From: a virus
Strand: one strand, 5' to 3'
Virus record (IMG/VR): IMGVR_UViG_3300036791_001038
Coordinates: 13,233 to 77,232 of that record
Length of the DNA: 64,000 nt
Below the pieces are notes generated by a model. That model saw only the letters and a program-made list of their open reading frames with translations, made no database searches and had not been told where the DNA came from. Both the position numbers and the translations under genes were made by a program. This document shows positions 61,667 to 64,000 of this stretch, one piece after another (the stretch's first letter is position 1; each line of letters begins with the position of its first letter).

Positions 61667-63691
61667 ATGACCACCACCCAGTCCCACAGCGTGACCTACG
61701 CTGACGTTGAGGCCCGCATGGCGGATCTCATCCCCGGCTACGAGCGCCGCCTGCCCCAGGTGGCCCTGGCCGAACTCAACGTCCAGGCCCTGAACGACGG
61801 CTTCCATCTGCTGGCCGAGGCCGGGTGTGGCACCGGCAAGAGCTTCGCCAACCTGATCCCCTCCATCCTGTGGTCCACCAACGGGCGCAACGCCAACGGC
61901 GAGCCCCGCCGGGTGGTCTACGCCACCGCTACAAAAGCGCTTCAGGACCAGATCACCGACAAGGACCTCCCCAACCTGCAGGCCTTCTTCGCAGAGGCCT
62001 TCGGCATCAGCTTCAAGTACGCCCTGCTCAAGGGCCGCTCCAACTACCTCTGCGTCGGCCGGGCCATGGCCACCGACCCCTCCGAGGTGGACGGCCTGGG
62101 TGAGATCGTGCGCCTGGCCAACGAGCGCCTCGAAGACAAGTCCTTCGGCGGCGAGAAGGGCGACTTCGAGGCCCTGATCGGCCGGGACATCCCCTTCGCC
62201 CAGTGGGCCAAGATCCGGGCCGACTCCGACAACTGCTCGGTCCATGGCTGCTCCCAGACCAAGGCCTGCTTCGCCACCCAGGCTCGGGTGCGGGCCGCCG
62301 ACGCCCACATCATCGTGGTCAACCACGCCGTGCTGTTCGCGGACCTGCTCTTCTTCAACGCCCTGATCGGCAGCTACGACGTGGTCATCTTCGATGAGGC
62401 CCACGAAGCCCGCGAGTACGCCCGCTCGGCGCTCGGCAACGAGTTCACCGAGGGCTCCCTGCGGGGCCTGCTGGCCGAGGCCCGCAACCTGGTGGGCCGG
62501 GAGTACTCCGAGCATGCCATCACCCTGGGCGAGGCCCAGCGGGACGCTCAGGCCGCTCAGACGGCCCTCTTCGAGAGCTTCGATGACCTGCCCGAGGTCA
62601 AGAAGGGCGGCAACGTGGCTCGCCTGGGCCAGGCCGACATCGTCCTGAACCAGGACGGCTGGGCCGACTACATCATGGCCATCCAGGTCTACGCCGGGTG
62701 CATGGCCCGCATCGCCCCCGAGCTTGACGCCATGAAGACCAAGGACCTCCTGCCCTACGAGCGCCGCCTGCAGATCCTGAAGAAGCGCTCCGCCAACCTG
62801 GCCTCCAAGGTCACCGACCTGGTCCTGGCCGACTTCGATGACCTGGTCCGCTGGGTCGAGGTGGAGGGCAAGGGCCACGATCGCAAGCGCACCGTCAAGT
62901 CCTGCCCCATCGATGTCAGCCCTTGGCTGCGCGAGAACCTCTTCGGCAACGTCACCGCCATCCTGACCTCGGCCACCCTGCAGGTGGCGGGCAAGTTCGA
63001 CTTCGTGGCCAAGCAACTGGGCGTCGATGCCTACCGGGAACTGAACGTAGGCACCCCCTTCGACTTCACCACCCAGGCCATCACCTACGTGCCCAACCTG
63101 CCCGACCCCAGCCGCGAGCGGGCCGCCTTCGACAACGCCGCCGTCAACGAGATCCGCTCCCTGGTCACCGCCTCCGACGGTCGGGCGCTGGTGCTGTTCA
63201 CCTCGGTGAAGTCCATGCGGAGCGCCTACGAGGCCCTGGAGGGCATCCTGCCCTTCACCTGCCTGATCCAGGGCGAGGCCCCCAACAAGGTGCTGGCCGC
63301 CCGCTTCGCCGCCGACACCCACTCGGTCCTGTTCGCCACCCGCTCCTTCATGACCGGGGTGGACTTCCAGGGCGAGACGCTCAGCCTGGTCATCGTGGAC
63401 AAGCTGCCCTTCCCGGTGCCCACCGAGCCCCTCTTCGAGGCCGAGGCCGAGTGGCTGGAGCGCCGGGGCGGCAACGCCTTCAACGGCCTGTCGGTGCCCA
63501 TGATGTCCCTGGTCCTGTCCCAGGCGGCCGGGCGGCTCATCCGCCACCGCACCGACCGGGGCGTCATCGCCATGCTGGACCCCCGGCTCTGCACCAAGGG
63601 CTACGGCAAGCGCATCCTGAAGACCCTCCCCAATGCCCCGCTGGTGCGGGACCTGGGGGCGGTCAAGAGCTTCTTCGAGGAGGTGAAGTGA
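61667..63691 (+). CDS. dinG: DinG/XPD-family ATP-dependent helicase
   Basis: Q motif, EAGCGTGKS, LKGRSNYLC, VVNHA, FDEAH, TSATL, GVDF.G, KLPF and Q..GRLIR...DRG. Confidence 0.92.
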   Translation: MTTTQSHSVTYADVEARMADLIPGYERRLPQVALAELNVQALNDGFHLLAEAGCGTGKSFANLIPSILWSTNGRNANGEPRRVVYATATKALQDQITDKDLPNLQAFFAEAFGISFKYALLKGRSNYLCVGRAMATDPSEVDGLGEIVRLANERLEDKSFGGEKGDFEALIGRDIPFAQWAKIRADSDNCSVHGCSQTKACFATQARVRAADAHIIVVNHAVLFADLLFFNALIGSYDVVIFDEAHEAREYARSALGNEFTEGSLRGLLAEARNLVGREYSEHAITLGEAQRDAQAAQTALFESFDDLPEVKKGGNVARLGQADIVLNQDGWADYIMAIQVYAGCMARIAPELDAMKTKDLLPYERRLQILKKRSANLASKVTDLVLADFDDLVRWVEVEGKGHDRKRTVKSCPIDVSPWLRENLFGNVTAILTSATLQVAGKFDFVAKQLGVDAYRELNVGTPFDFTTQAITYVPNLPDPSRERAAFDNAAVNEIRSLVTASDGRALVLFTSVKSMRSAYEALEGILPFTCLIQGEAPNKVLAARFAADTHSVLFATRSFMTGVDFQGETLSLVIVDKLPFPVPTEPLFEAEAEWLERRGGNAFNGLSVPMMSLVLSQAAGRLIRHRTDRGVIAMLDPRLCTKGYGKRILKTLPNAPLVRDLGAVKSFFEEVK

Positions 63692-63870
63692 TGCCCGATC
63701 GTGAGGCCAGGGCGGCGGTGGAGGCCGCCGCCCTACTCGACTGTGATGTCTCCTGGCTGCCTCGGTTCATCGCCGTTCTGCAGCGGGACTTCCCCCAGCA
63801 ACTGTGGACGGCCATGGGTACCGCCATCACCGAGAACGCCGTCGAACAGGTCGATGGTCGGGCGGGCTAA
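63691..63870 (+). CDS. Small hypothetical protein
   Basis: SD GGAGG; coupled to the DinG stop. Confidence 0.45.
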   Translation: MPDREARAAVEAAALLDCDVSWLPRFIAVLQRDFPQQLWTAMGTAITENAVEQVDGRAG

Positions 63871-63999
63871 GGCCTGGTCCACCAGGGTGGCGCAGCCGGA
63901 GCAGAGATCCCAGTGGAGGGACTCCTCGACATAGCCGCTGTCCTGGGTGAAGCGCATGCTGACTCTCACCCAGCCGGGAGGCATCAAGGCCCGCGGCTG
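63733..63999 (-). CDS. Convergent hypothetical protein, 5'-truncated
   Basis: PPGW...DLCSGC pattern of small phage Zn-binding proteins; the frame runs off the window end. Confidence 0.4.
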   Translation of the reverse strand, partial: QPRALMPPGWVRVSMRFTQDSGYVEESLHWDLCSGCATLVDQALARPTIDLFDGVLGDGGTHGRPQLLGEVPLQNGDEPRQPGDITVE

Positions 64000-64000
64000 G

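Noticed and set aside
61463-63547. Long - strand ORFs (also 33336..34979, 28247..29587, 54087..55343, 11242..12111)
   Set aside because: These are antisense shadows of well-supported + strand genes, expected with high GC3; they carry no motifs or start signals.
1-64000. CRISPR array, tRNA, rRNA, integrase/att site, intein
   Set aside because: No regularly spaced direct repeats, cloverleaf/T-loop signatures, recombinase motifs or intein splice motifs were recognised by eye; a dedicated scan is still advisable.

Overview
This is a 64-kb, high-GC segment of a large contractile-tailed (myovirus-type) actinobacterial phage. The capsid, neck, sheath, tube and baseplate genes resemble, from memory, the Bxz1-like (mycobacteriophage cluster C) morphogenesis module. 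Nearly all genes are on the + strand, in this order: (1) the 3' part of a giant polyvalent protein (>2600 aa, open from base 2) carrying NUDIX, ParB-like, about 8 ADP-ribosyltransferase-fold, 2 GNAT and Zn-finger modules joined by a recurring linker motif; (2) scaffold, decoration protein and major capsid protein; (3) small membrane and collagen proteins; (4) a large set of fibre and receptor-binding genes; (5) neck, sheath, tube, a frameshifted tail assembly chaperone and tape measure; (6) a baseplate with three different peptidoglycan hydrolases and an HNH endonuclease insertion; (7) an early/replication region with SNF2-like and DinG helicases and a highly structured non-coding stretch. The main candidate novel system is the head-module effector polyprotein, which may be packaged and cut by the prohead protease into many NAD+-dependent and acetyltransferase effectors. 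Other notable features are a six-copy, fixed-spacing phage late-promoter motif, probable ATT/ATC start codons, and a candidate large ncRNA. All family assignments come from motif recognition by eye; no database searches were run.
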